This document shows positions 10,210-20,218 of a stretch of 64,000 nucleotides of DNA, piece after piece. Source of the DNA: Candidatus Falkowbacteria bacterium. GTDB taxonomy: Bacteria; Patescibacteriota; Patescibacteriia; Patescibacteriales; UBA12465. The DNA lies in assembly GCA_026396805.1 (NCBI GenBank), contig JAPLVZ010000009.1:4058-68057 (forward strand), read 5' to 3'. The notes under the pieces are model-generated. The model was not told the DNA's origin and searched no databases. It saw only the letters and a program-made list of their open reading frames with translations. The position numbers and the translations under genes are program-made. Every line of letters starts with the position of its first letter. The first letter of the stretch is position 1.

Positions 10210-12845
10210 AAACCTTGGATTATTTTAACTATTTTTTCTAACTCCGCTTGGTAGGCGGCTAGTTTACTCTTGGCCGCGGCCACAATTTCCTCGGGCGCGT
10301 GACCGACAAAATCGGCATTGCTTAGTTTAGCCGATTGCAAGCTAATTATCTTTTCTAAATTTTCTTTTTCTTTCAATAAACGTTCTTTTTCTTTCTTCTT
10401 ATCAACGCCGCCCAAAAGATAAACTTCCCAACCGCCGACAACCGCCGCAATCGCCTTGTCTATTTTATCGCCCTTTTCTCGTATTTCCAAAGATTTCAAA
10501 CCTGTTTTAAGATTGATAATTATTTCCATTTGCTCTTTTAATAACCCGGAGTCCTCGTGACCGTAAATTACCGCCTCCAGTTTCTTCGCCGGTTCAACCT
10601 TATTCTCACCGCGAGCGTTCCTGATAGCGATAACCAGTTCCTGAATTTTTTGGAATTTTTTCTCAACCATGGCGGCTTCGTTGGTCGCCGTCTTAACCGC
10701 TATGTCTTGCGGCCACTGAGCGACCATTAATAAATCGGCGTTAAAATTCGACCAGATCTCTTCGGTGACAAACGGAATAAACGGATGCCATAAGATCAGC
10801 ACGTTCTTTAATATATAAATCAATATTTCCTCCTTATTTTTTTCTATCTTGGCGACTTCCAGATACCAATCGGCCAGCTTATTCCAAGTAAATTCATTCA
10901 ATTCCTCGGCGGCCAAAGAGAAATTAAAATTTTCCAAATGTTCGGTAACGATTTTAGCGCTAGCCGCCAGATTATTTAAAATCCATTTATCCGCCAAGGT
11001 TGGCGCTGGGGCCGTCCGGTAAGCGGTGGCATAAAACTTTTCAGCGGTGGCGGAAAGAATAAAGCGGGAAATATTCCAAAGTTTATTGACGAAGTTGCGT
11101 TTGGATTCAACTTTGGCGTCGCTATAACGAGTATCATTGCCCGGAGTGGAGCCCATGAGTAAAGACAATCTGACGGCATCGGCGCCGTATTGATTGATTA
11201 CTTCTAGCGGGTCAACACCGTTGCCCTTGGATTTAGACATTTTCTTACCATTCTTATCTAAAATTATGCCATGCAAATAAACTGTTGAGAAAGGAATTTC
11301 TCCCAGGGCGAAGAAAGACATCATAATCATGCGTGATATCCAAAGAGTTAATATTTCATAGCCGGTTTCCAGCACTTGAGTCGGGTGAAAGCGCGCCAGA
11401 TCGCCGCTCTTAACACCATCCTTAAAATTATCCGGCCAGCCCAAAGTTGAAAATGTCCACATGCCCGAAGAAAACCAAGTGTCTAAAGTATCGGGATCTT
11501 GAATCCAGCCGGTTCCTGACGGCGCTTCTTGACCGACAAAGATTTCTTCGCCCTTATACCAAACCGGAATCTGATGCCCAAACCAAATCTGCCGGGAAAT
11601 ACACCAATCATGGAGATTTTCCATCCAGTCGCAGTAGCTTTTACTAAATCTTTCCGGAATAAAAGTAATCTCTTTCTTGGCCGCGGCTTCCAAGGCTTTT
11701 TCTTTCAAAGATTTTCCGCCCAAACGTTCTAACTTCTTGTCAACGCTAATAAACCATTGCCGGGATGGAAGGGGCTCAATCGCGGTTTCACAGCGGTAAC
11801 AGACCGACAAGTTATTATTAATATCTTCTTCTTTTTCTAATAATCCTTGTTCTCTTAATTTAGCCACAATCAAATCGCGCGCCTCTACCGCTTTTAAACC
11901 AGAATAAACGCCAAAGCCGTCCCTAATCAGGCCAGCTTCATTGATAACTTTAATTATCGGCAGACTGTTGGCCTGGGCCATTTGCCAATCAATCGCGGAG
12001 TGAGCCGGGGTGACGCCTAAAGCTCCCGTACCGAATTCCAAATCTACATTATAATCAGCGATTATTTTAAGATTGAGTTCCTGACCGCAAAAATTAACCT
12101 TATATTGTTTGCCGATATATCGGCGATAACGCTCATCTTTCGGATTTACGGCCACAGCAGTATCGCCCAACTTGGTTTCCGGACGAGTCGTGGAAATGAC
12201 AATAGGAAAGTCTAAAGAATATTTAAAGGTATAGAGTTTGGCGACCTGCTCCTTATGTTCAACTTCATCGTCCGCTAAAGTCGAGTGACAACGCGGACAC
12301 CAATTAACTATTCTTTCGCCGCGATAAATCACCTCCTCCTGATACATATCAATAAACATCCTGGTTACCGCTTTTTGTCTCGTTTCGTCAAGCGTAAAAG
12401 CTAGACGCGACCAATCTAGGGAAGATCCCATTTTTTTGGTTTGGTGGAGAATAGTAGCTTGAGTTTCATTGACAAATTTCCAAACTTCTGCCAGAAAAGC
12501 CTCGCGCCCTAAGTCGTGGCGAGTCTTTCCTTGTTCTTTCAGAATTTTCTTCTCAACCACGCCCTGGGTGGCAATGGCGGCATGGTCAGTCCCCGGCACC
12601 CATAGAGTTCTATATCCGGATAAACGGCGATATCTTATTAAAAGATCTTCTATCGCCAGCATGGCGCTATGACCAATATGCAATTTAGCGGTAATATTGG
12701 GGGGAGGGAGAATAATGGTATAAGCAGGAGCGTTTTTCGGCAAATCCAGGTTATCAGGATTAAAGAATCCGGATTTCTCCCATTTTTGATAAATATTATC
12801 CTCGGTTTCAGAGGGGTTATAGGTTTTGTCTAATTCTTGTTTCAT
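10206..12845 (-). CDS. valS: Valine-tRNA ligase
   Basis: PPPNIT..LHIGH, DWCISRQIWFGH, KMSKSKGN, C-terminal coiled coil. Confidence 0.98.
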   Translation of the reverse strand: MKQELDKTYNPSETEDNIYQKWEKSGFFNPDNLDLPKNAPAYTIILPPPNITAKLHIGHSAMLAIEDLLIRYRRLSGYRTLWVPGTDHAAIATQGVVEKKILKEQGKTRHDLGREAFLAEVWKFVNETQATILHQTKKMGSSLDWSRLAFTLDETRQKAVTRMFIDMYQEEVIYRGERIVNWCPRCHSTLADDEVEHKEQVAKLYTFKYSLDFPIVISTTRPETKLGDTAVAVNPKDERYRRYIGKQYKVNFCGQELNLKIIADYNVDLEFGTGALGVTPAHSAIDWQMAQANSLPIIKVINEAGLIRDGFGVYSGLKAVEARDLIVAKLREQGLLEKEEDINNNLSVCYRCETAIEPLPSRQWFISVDKKLERLGGKSLKEKALEAAAKKEITFIPERFSKSYCDWMENLHDWCISRQIWFGHQIPVWYKGEEIFVGQEAPSGTGWIQDPDTLDTWFSSGMWTFSTLGWPDNFKDGVKSGDLARFHPTQVLETGYEILTLWISRMIMMSFFALGEIPFSTVYLHGIILDKNGKKMSKSKGNGVDPLEVINQYGADAVRLSLLMGSTPGNDTRYSDAKVESKRNFVNKLWNISRFILSATAEKFYATAYRTAPAPTLADKWILNNLAASAKIVTEHLENFNFSLAAEELNEFTWNKLADWYLEVAKIEKNKEEILIYILKNVLILWHPFIPFVTEEIWSNFNADLLMVAQWPQDIAVKTATNEAAMVEKKFQKIQELVIAIRNARGENKVEPAKKLEAVIYGHEDSGLLKEQMEIIINLKTGLKSLEIREKGDKIDKAIAAVVGGWEVYLLGGVDKKKEKERLLKEKENLEKIISLQSAKLSNADFVGHAPEEIVAAAKSKLAAYQAELEKIVKIIQGL

Positions 12846-12985
12846 GAATTAAAATTACCAAAAAAACGAGTTTAAGTCAACCGAATTCCCCTAAGTCAAT
12901 CAAGTTTTACCTTGACTTTAGCAGTAAATAACTATATATTAAAGAGTTAAGCCCAAGCTAATTGGCGGAAGTTTATAATTGAAAA

Positions 12986-14128
12986 ATGTTAGATTTAGAA
13001 CAACAAATTTTTCGGCAACTGGAAAAATCAAAAAATGTCCTGATAGTTTTTCCGGCCGATCGGGATAATGACGCGATCGCTTCGGCTCTGGCTCTTTTTC
13101 TGTTCCTAAAAAAAATTGGAGTGGAAACAGAAATCACCGGATTCAAAAATGACGATCGATCCGAACCTTTATTTTTCCTGCCATCTTACCAGGAAATAAA
13201 AAAACAGCTGGATAATCTCCGGCGCTTCATCGTCTCCCTCGATATCAGTCAGGCCAAAGTCAACCAAATTAAATATTCCGTCGATGCCGATCAGCTTAAT
13301 TTTATTATTTCCCCGAAAACCGGCTGGTTCAAGCCGGAAGACGTCTCCACGCGAACAGGCGAATTTAGATATGATCTCATCTTCACCGTCGGCGTCAGCG
13401 ATCTGGAAGCCTTGGGAAAACTCTACGACGACAATGTGGAATTCTTCTACAAGACCACCATTATAAACATCGACCACCAAGCGGCGAACGAGGAATTCGG
13501 ACAGATTAATTTCGTCGACTTGAACGCTATCACCACCGCGGAAATAGTTTTTTATCTCTTAAAAAATTACAAGCCGGAAATGATTTCCGAAGATATCGCC
13601 ACCTGTCTTTTAGCCGGCATCATCCAGCGAACCAAAAACTTTAAGACCGCCAATTTGACGCCGCGCGTCCTTTTAACCACTTCCGAATTAATAACCCTCG
13701 GGGCGCGGCGGGAAGAAATAATCACCCATCTTTATCGGTCAAGGGATATGTCCTCTTTAAAACTGTGGGGAAAAATACTCAACAACCTTCAGGCGGAGAA
13801 AAAGAATGAATTGTTGTGGTCAAAGCTGGACAATAATGATTTTAAAGAGACCGGAGCGACAATGGACAGTTTAAGTGATATTATAGACGAGCTTATCGCC
13901 ACTGTCCCCAGCGCTAAAATCATCCTTATTTTCTGCGAAGAAACGCCTGATAAAACCACGCTCTTGGCTTATTCTCTAAAAAACATCAATGTTCTGGATT
14001 TTATCAGGGAATATGGGGCTCTGGGCGGAATAAAAACGGCTCAAGCGACTTTAAATATGGGGATAAAGGCGGCCATCAGCCAAATAATCCCTAAACTCCA
14101 AAATAAGCTTGAAAAATTAAGCTTATAA
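12986..14128 (+). CDS. DHH-family (NrnA-like) protein with degenerate motifs
   Basis: DxDAIAS and INIDHQ motifs plus ATCLLAGI, resembling the NrnA architecture. Confidence 0.75.
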   Translation: MLDLEQQIFRQLEKSKNVLIVFPADRDNDAIASALALFLFLKKIGVETEITGFKNDDRSEPLFFLPSYQEIKKQLDNLRRFIVSLDISQAKVNQIKYSVDADQLNFIISPKTGWFKPEDVSTRTGEFRYDLIFTVGVSDLEALGKLYDDNVEFFYKTTIINIDHQAANEEFGQINFVDLNAITTAEIVFYLLKNYKPEMISEDIATCLLAGIIQRTKNFKTANLTPRVLLTTSELITLGARREEIITHLYRSRDMSSLKLWGKILNNLQAEKKNELLWSKLDNNDFKETGATMDSLSDIIDELIATVPSAKIILIFCEETPDKTTLLAYSLKNINVLDFIREYGALGGIKTAQATLNMGIKAAISQIIPKLQNKLEKLSL

Positions 14129-14209
14129 TGGTATAAAATAACTACTAAACATTATAATCTGGCGAACTTGCATTCTTTCTTGCATTCTTTTTTGACGGCC
14201 ATTATAATA

Positions 14210-14283
14210 GGGCATATAGCTCAGTTGGTTAGAGCACCGCTCTTATAAAGCGGGGGTCGATGGTTCAAGTCCATCTATGCCCA
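14210..14283 (+). tRNA. tRNA-Ile(UAU)
   Basis: Acceptor GGGCATA/TATGCCC+A; anticodon arm CCGCT-CTTATAA-AGCGG; T-loop GGTTCAAGTCC; no encoded CCA. Confidence 0.9.
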
Positions 14284-14296
14284 CAGACGAATAAAA

Positions 14297-14370
<74 letters not shown>

Positions 14371-14380
14371 CCGTCTAGAG

Positions 14381-14407
14381 AATACGCCGTTCATAGCGGC
14401 GTATTTT
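14381..14407 (+). terminator. Terminator after the tRNA pair
   Basis: AATACGCCG...CGGCGTATTTT. Confidence 0.75.
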
Positions 14408-14464
14408 ATTTTCCTTATTTACAATTTGCTAAAATATTGGTAAATTATAGATGAAATAAAATAT

Positions 14465-14881
14465 ATGTTTTTCAATAAAAAAAACCATCTTAAGCCAAGC
14501 GTTGTCAGCGGAGCGGACAATCCGATCGAATGGTTGGATTATGAAGAGCCGGAAACGGAAGGACAGCTCGCCATTGATGTCTATCAGACCGACAAAAAAA
14601 TAATCATTAAATCCACGATTGCCGGGGTCAAACCGGAAAATTTGAAAATTTCCCTCCATCATGATCTTCTGACCATCAAAGGAACGCGGGCGGCCGACGC
14701 GGAAATAACCGAAGAAGACTATCTTTATCGCGAATGCTATTGGGGATCATTCTCCCGCTCCATAATCTTGCCGGCCGAAGTTGACAATAAGCGCGTGGAG
14801 GCGGAGCTGGAAAATGGCGTTCTCACGATTTCCTTATATAAAACCACTCCTAATAAAATAGAAATTAAGGTAAAAGATTAA
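14465..14881 (+). CDS. Hsp20/alpha-crystallin small heat shock protein
   Basis: IDVYQT, RECYWGSFSRSIILP, AELENGVLTI. Confidence 0.93.
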   Translation: MFFNKKNHLKPSVVSGADNPIEWLDYEEPETEGQLAIDVYQTDKKIIIKSTIAGVKPENLKISLHHDLLTIKGTRAADAEITEEDYLYRECYWGSFSRSIILPAEVDNKRVEAELENGVLTISLYKTTPNKIEIKVKD

Positions 14882-14913
14882 CCCTTACCCTTTTAGACAA
14901 TCATTTCTCGCCT

Positions 14914-16830
14914 ATGAAGGCTCCTTTCAAGAATACGGCAATCATTTTCGCTTCAATCCTATCCCTATTAATCGTCTTTTTGGCGATTAATTATTTTATT
15001 TGGCGAAATAATTACCAGGGGCGATTCTATCCGAAAGAATCTATCGGCAATTTAAGCCTAAGCGGCCAAACCAGGGACGAAGCCAAAAAAGCGATAGACG
15101 AGCGCTTCCAACAAATAAATAAAGCCGGATTATCTTTCCGATATGATAAACGATCGGAAAAGCTTGATCTTGACGTTGTCCCCTTTGATTCCGATTTAGC
15201 TCGTCCGACCCTGATTCTTGATTTAGAGGCGTCTCTGGCTAATATCTTTAATCCCAAAGATCATAATAACTTTTTCCATTATTTGATAGCCAAATTTATA
15301 AACAGGGGCGATAAAAAATTATTCCCGATTTATTCCCTGGACGAAGAAGCGGTTAGGGCTTTCTTGGACGACAATTTTAAGGAACTGAATATCGCACCGG
15401 AAAACGCTTATTTTTCTCTGACAAAATCCAGCCCGGAAACAAAAATTATCTCTAACCAAGAAAGACCCGGGAAGGGCATAGACTACGCTAAAATTTTCAG
15501 CGATATTCATAACAGCCTGGCTAATTTGGAAGCGCCGGCAGTCGTCATTAGAACAACATCTTTATACCCGGAAATAAAATGGTCTGACTTGGTCGATTTA
15601 GAGGCTGAAGCTAAAAAAATTATCGGCCGCGGCGAGTTAACCGTCAGCTTCAACGAATTCGGAGAAGCCAGCTCAACGACAAAATACTGGAAAATACAGC
15701 CGGATAAATTAACCACTTGGATAAGTTTGATAAAAACTCAAAATAGCACAACTATTTTTCTGGATCAAGAAAAAATCAAGGAGTATTTAAAAACTAAAAT
15801 AGCTCCAGAAATTGACGAGGAAGATGTCCTGCCGCGTTTTGAGATCAAAAACGGAAAGGTTTCCAGCTGGCAAACCGGTAAAAATGGGAGGAAAGTAGAT
15901 CTGGAGGCCAGCGCTCAAGCAATAACCGTCAATCTTCTCGGCGGCCAAAATGAAACCGGCTTGATAATCAAGGAAACCAGCGGCCAAGAAATCAGTCCGG
16001 ACAACAATCTCCAAATAAAAGAAATCATCGGCACCGGGCACTCAAATTTCGCCGGCTCGCCGATTAATCGAAGAAAAAATATAAAAAACGGGGCCGACAC
16101 CTTGCACGGGATACTCATCAAACCGAATGAAGAATTTTCTTTGCTAACGGCCCTGGGAACAATCGACGCCAGCACCGGCTACTTGCAAGAACTGGTTATC
16201 AAGGGGAATAAGACCGTCCCGGAATTCGGCGGCGGTTTATGCCAGATAGGAACCACAGTCTTTCGATCGGCTTTAGGTTCCGGACTGCCGATAACCATGC
16301 GCCAAAACCATTCCTACCGCGTTTCTTATTACGAGCCGGCCGGGATGGACGCGACTATTTATAACCCTAGGCCGGATCTGCGTTTTATCAACGATACCGG
16401 AAACTATATTCTGATCCAAGCCCGAATAATCAAAGATGATTTGTATTTTGATTTCTGGGGAACTAAAGACGGCCGCATCGCCACCACAACTTACCCGACA
16501 ATCTATAATATAGTGAAGCCGGGGCCGACAAAAATAATCGAAACAACGGATCTGGAGCCGGGGAAAAAGAAATGTACTGAAAGTTCTCATAACGGCGCCG
16601 ACGCTTTCTTTGATTATAAGGTTATTTATCCGGAAGGTTCAACCACCACTCCGATTCAAGAACGAAGATTTTCTTCTCATTATGTCCCTTGGCAGGCGGT
16701 TTGTCTTGTCGGCGTTACCGCGAGTTCCACTCCGGGGACAGCCAGTTCCACTTTAGTGACGGCTTCATCGACCCCGACTGCAGTCGCCAGTTCAACCAAT
16801 CAAACTCAAACACCGACTACATCGAATTAA
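14914..16830 (+). CDS. VanW-family protein with peptidoglycan-binding repeats
   Basis: N-terminal TM; GGGLCQIGTTVF, NHSYRVSYY, DATIY..DLRF. Confidence 0.9.
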   Translation: MKAPFKNTAIIFASILSLLIVFLAINYFIWRNNYQGRFYPKESIGNLSLSGQTRDEAKKAIDERFQQINKAGLSFRYDKRSEKLDLDVVPFDSDLARPTLILDLEASLANIFNPKDHNNFFHYLIAKFINRGDKKLFPIYSLDEEAVRAFLDDNFKELNIAPENAYFSLTKSSPETKIISNQERPGKGIDYAKIFSDIHNSLANLEAPAVVIRTTSLYPEIKWSDLVDLEAEAKKIIGRGELTVSFNEFGEASSTTKYWKIQPDKLTTWISLIKTQNSTTIFLDQEKIKEYLKTKIAPEIDEEDVLPRFEIKNGKVSSWQTGKNGRKVDLEASAQAITVNLLGGQNETGLIIKETSGQEISPDNNLQIKEIIGTGHSNFAGSPINRRKNIKNGADTLHGILIKPNEEFSLLTALGTIDASTGYLQELVIKGNKTVPEFGGGLCQIGTTVFRSALGSGLPITMRQNHSYRVSYYEPAGMDATIYNPRPDLRFINDTGNYILIQARIIKDDLYFDFWGTKDGRIATTTYPTIYNIVKPGPTKIIETTDLEPGKKKCTESSHNGADAFFDYKVIYPEGSTTTPIQERRFSSHYVPWQAVCLVGVTASSTPGTASSTLVTASSTPTAVASSTNQTQTPTTSN

Positions 16831-16843
16831 TTAATACCTGTTT

Positions 16844-16865
16844 GTTCGAATCCCACCCTCTCCGC
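16844..16865 (+). repeat. tRNA(Ser-like) 3'-end remnant, att-like
   Basis: GTTCGAATCCCACCCTCTCCGC is a T-loop plus 3' acceptor strand with no 5' half; a terminator follows at 16873-16899. Confidence 0.7.
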
Positions 16866-16960
16866 AGATTGCAAATAGCCCTAGATATGGGCTATTTTTG
16901 ATAGGGAGAATTGAACTTTGGAACGGTCAGTGCTAATATTAAAATAAATAATAAGAATAT

Positions 16961-17311
16961 ATGAAATTAAGATATATTATACTTAAAGTTAAAGACATCC
17001 AAAGAGCTAAAAATTTTTATTCCCGTCTTTTAAGCACCGAACCCACAAAAGAAGAGCGTGATAGAATGGTGGTATTTGATCTACAGAACATAAAAATCGG
17101 TTTATATAACCCCTTGGCTGACGGGGACCCCTTGTCTGAGTCTGATTTTGGAAATAGTTGTTATGCCGCTTTTGGAGTGGAAAATATAGAACCTGAATTA
17201 AAACGCGTATCCGTTTTTGCTGAAATTATATGTCATAAGAAAGTGGATTATCATGAATGGTTTGAATTTAGAGATTCGGAAGGAAATATTCTAGAAATAC
17301 ATAAAATATAA
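16961..17311 (+). CDS. VOC/glyoxalase-family protein
   Basis: IILKVKDIQRAKNFYSRLL and FRDSEGNILEI. Confidence 0.85.
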   Translation: MKLRYIILKVKDIQRAKNFYSRLLSTEPTKEERDRMVVFDLQNIKIGLYNPLADGDPLSESDFGNSCYAAFGVENIEPELKRVSVFAEIICHKKVDYHEWFEFRDSEGNILEIHKI

Positions 17312-17342
17312 AGCAAAATATTATAAAATAGTATAATAACTT

Positions 17343-17738
17343 ATGAAAACAATTCTTGTTGATGCAGTTGCTGCATTTATTATAGAGACAGAAAAAGAAA
17401 ATTTTGAAATATTTGAACCAATGCGTAAAATACTTGATGAATTTCCTAATAGAAAGATTATTCTTACAGGAGCAAACGATGAACAATTTAAAAAATTTGG
17501 TTTAGATAAAATGCCCTACGAAGTTTTTACCTTAAAGCATGACCCGGAAAAAGTGAACCCTGAATATTATAAAAAAATGCTCGAACATTTTAATTTAGAA
17601 GCTGACGATGTCGTTTATTTTGAGCATAGTCCCGAAGCAGTGACCAGCGCACAGTCCGTGGGCATAAAAACTCACTATTGGGATAACGAAAGACGACCAT
17701 TAAGGGAATTAAGCATTTTTCTAGAGCATAACACCTAA
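17343..17738 (+). CDS. HAD-superfamily hydrolase-like protein
   Basis: KTILVDA, PEKVNPEYYKKML, VYFEHS..AV.SAQSVGI (variant HAD motifs). Confidence 0.75.
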   Translation: MKTILVDAVAAFIIETEKENFEIFEPMRKILDEFPNRKIILTGANDEQFKKFGLDKMPYEVFTLKHDPEKVNPEYYKKMLEHFNLEADDVVYFEHSPEAVTSAQSVGIKTHYWDNERRPLRELSIFLEHNT

Positions 17739-17785
17739 TTTTGGTGGGTGTGGTGGAATAGCAAAGACGTTCCCAGTGCGTTCTG

Positions 17786-17797
17786 CCCTCTCCGCCA
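17786..17797 (+). repeat. Second tRNA(Ser-like) 3'-end remnant CCCTCTCCGCCA
   Basis: Direct repeat of CCCTCTCCGC (16856-16865), followed by CA. Confidence 0.5.
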
Positions 17798-17866
17798 GTT
17801 TAAGCGGGTTTAAAATAGCTCCAGTCAAGGATTTTAAACGGGGGTTCAAATTATTATCTTTATAAT

Positions 17867-20167
17867 ATGTCAAAAAAATACTCAATTACAAGAATATTAC
17901 TGTTATCTTTATTCCTGGCGGCCACCGGGGCGATAACTTTAGCAATCTTTTTGTTTCACCGGGCCAATCCGATTGCCAATCCGATCGCCGTTGTCAATGC
18001 CGGGTCGGATTGTCCGCTGGCTGTTGCCAACACCACATTTGTAAAATCTTACCGCCTTTTGGCATTTACCAAAATTAACGGCGCCTGGCCGACTAAAGAC
18101 GGCGGTTATATTATTTCCGGCACAACCGATCCGAATATCATGTTTATTCCTCCCGACGGGTTTGTGGCCAAACTCGATTCGCAAGGGAGCGTCAAATGGA
18201 TGAAATTTTTAAAGACAAAAAATGCGGCCGGCGCCGGCAATCCCCTGGGAGAAGAAGATATCCAGTCGATTCTGGAATTGAAAGACGGCGGGTATCTGCT
18301 GGTTTCCAAGGTTTGGGGATTTATCAAGGCCGCGGAATGGAAATCGGATGACACGGAACTGAACAAAATTTTATTTACCAAACTAGATAAGAACGGGAAG
18401 ATGATTTGGAGCAAGTCTTTTACCGGATTTGTGGAAGACGCCAAAAACTCTTTATTAGAAACTGCCGATAAAGGATTTTTATTCTATGCCAGCATCACTG
18501 ATTTGACGCCGAATAAAAGGGGGGAAGACAGCGAGGTTTATTACGATTTGCCTTTTTCTTCGCTTAAGGTCTTCAAATTCGACGTTAACGGGAACCTTCA
18601 ATGGTCGAAAAACATCAGTAATTTCATCGCCCGGAAAAGTGATTCTTTCCTGACTCAAACCGTTGACGGCGGTTATGCTTTGGCGGGTAACTTAGCGCAG
18701 ACCAATTTGGAAAAAGATTCGCCCTATAATTTCGACATTTACCCCGGACTGGCTAAATTTGATAAAAATTTTAATTTTGAATGGGCTAAAAGTTTCGAAG
18801 GCATCCCTTTGGAAATGGCCGCGGCGATAAAGCAATCCGACGGAACATATAAAATTGGGTCTCAAAAAATGCACCAAGGAGCCATTGTCACCCGCGGATT
18901 GGCGCGAACAAAAGATAATGGTTATCTGGTTTTGGGAAATTTGTCTATGGCCTCCTCATTAATGACGGACAGCCTGGATTTAAATTCCGGTCAGCCGCAT
19001 TCTTATTTGGTAGGATTTAAATTTAATGCTGCCGGCGATTTGGAGTGGGTGAAAAAAGTGACCCTGAATTTCAATATGTATTCCGGTCCGATGACCGACT
19101 ATTCTCTGATGACGACAAAAGATAACAACCTAATGATTGCCGGTTCCATTCTCTGGGCCGATGAAGATTATGAAACTAAAAGCCAGGCGGTTGCCAGCCA
19201 GCGGGATTGGTATGTCAAAAAATATGGCGAGATGGAAATGTTAAAAGACAATAGCCAAAAAAGCAAACAATCCCAGCAAGATTGGAAAAAGGTGCAGACG
19301 GCCATTGAGGTCGCGGCGGCGGGAGTCCGCTCCGGCGTTTTGATGATGAAAACCGATCAAGAATTGAATCCCAGTTGGATCAAGATAGCCAAACCGCAGC
19401 GCGCCATTACCAATTACGTTTTGAAAGCGACCTTAGATAACGGAGCGATTGTGGCCGGTGAATACGAAACTAATGTGGTAAAATCGGTTATGTTCGGTAA
19501 TAAAACTTATTATAAAGACGGCTTTTTGATGAAGCTAGACGCGAGCGGCAACGTCAAAGGCGATATTTGGCTCGCTAACTATGATAAAAACGTGATTACG
19601 GAAATAATGACGCCTTACGCGACTACTAATGATTTGACCATTAGAGTTACGCCTTACCCGATTGTTTTGACCAATCGCCAACCGGAGTTTTCTCTTTATA
19701 AAAAAGCTAAAACTACCGTTTGGGCCGCTTTCAAAAGTTCTAAAAACACCGCCTGTCCGATTTTACTAAAAATTTCCGCTAACAGTAATCCGTTACAAAA
19801 CTCGACTTCCACTTCGAGCGCGGAAAAGACTTGGCCGCAAATTAATTATGAAAAAGCGATTCCGGTTGAACCGGCGAACGGCAAAAGCCAAGCTATTCAT
19901 AATGAGCTTCTTCCCATTCTGAATCAACTTTACAACAATCAAGTCAAACTGACCGACAATATGTCGGGCATGATGCTGGACTATATATTTGACCGGATTG
20001 TTACCGGCGGCGATAAGGCGGAGATTAAAAAATATTTGGAAGGGCTGGGCTATAAGACACAAGATGAAACGGAATACCAGTTGACGATGTATAAAGTCGG
20101 CTATTTCTTAAATTTAACTTTTTCTTTAAATAATACCAACAAGGGATTTTTAGAGATCACTTATTAA
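17867..20167 (+). CDS. Large exported protein with beta-propeller-like repeats
   Basis: N-terminal TM/signal; recurring T-x-DGGY and K-L/F-D-x-x-G-x-x-x-W-x-K repeats. Confidence 0.75.
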   Translation: MSKKYSITRILLLSLFLAATGAITLAIFLFHRANPIANPIAVVNAGSDCPLAVANTTFVKSYRLLAFTKINGAWPTKDGGYIISGTTDPNIMFIPPDGFVAKLDSQGSVKWMKFLKTKNAAGAGNPLGEEDIQSILELKDGGYLLVSKVWGFIKAAEWKSDDTELNKILFTKLDKNGKMIWSKSFTGFVEDAKNSLLETADKGFLFYASITDLTPNKRGEDSEVYYDLPFSSLKVFKFDVNGNLQWSKNISNFIARKSDSFLTQTVDGGYALAGNLAQTNLEKDSPYNFDIYPGLAKFDKNFNFEWAKSFEGIPLEMAAAIKQSDGTYKIGSQKMHQGAIVTRGLARTKDNGYLVLGNLSMASSLMTDSLDLNSGQPHSYLVGFKFNAAGDLEWVKKVTLNFNMYSGPMTDYSLMTTKDNNLMIAGSILWADEDYETKSQAVASQRDWYVKKYGEMEMLKDNSQKSKQSQQDWKKVQTAIEVAAAGVRSGVLMMKTDQELNPSWIKIAKPQRAITNYVLKATLDNGAIVAGEYETNVVKSVMFGNKTYYKDGFLMKLDASGNVKGDIWLANYDKNVITEIMTPYATTNDLTIRVTPYPIVLTNRQPEFSLYKKAKTTVWAAFKSSKNTACPILLKISANSNPLQNSTSTSSAEKTWPQINYEKAIPVEPANGKSQAIHNELLPILNQLYNNQVKLTDNMSGMMLDYIFDRIVTGGDKAEIKKYLEGLGYKTQDETEYQLTMYKVGYFLNLTFSLNNTNKGFLEITY

Positions 20168-20218
20168 TATGGTATAATTATTAATATAATATTATTTAAG
20201 TTAACAGATTCAGCTAAT

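Noticed and set aside
12846..12985. T-box leader for valS-pheS-pheT
   Set aside because: Only 140 bp shared with a divergent gene and no T-box consensus; the AAGTCAA/TTGACT strings fit -35 elements.
17743..17797. Intact tRNA gene
   Set aside because: 5'-like and 3'-like pieces do not pair into an acceptor stem, and there is no anticodon or T arm; kept only as a remnant.
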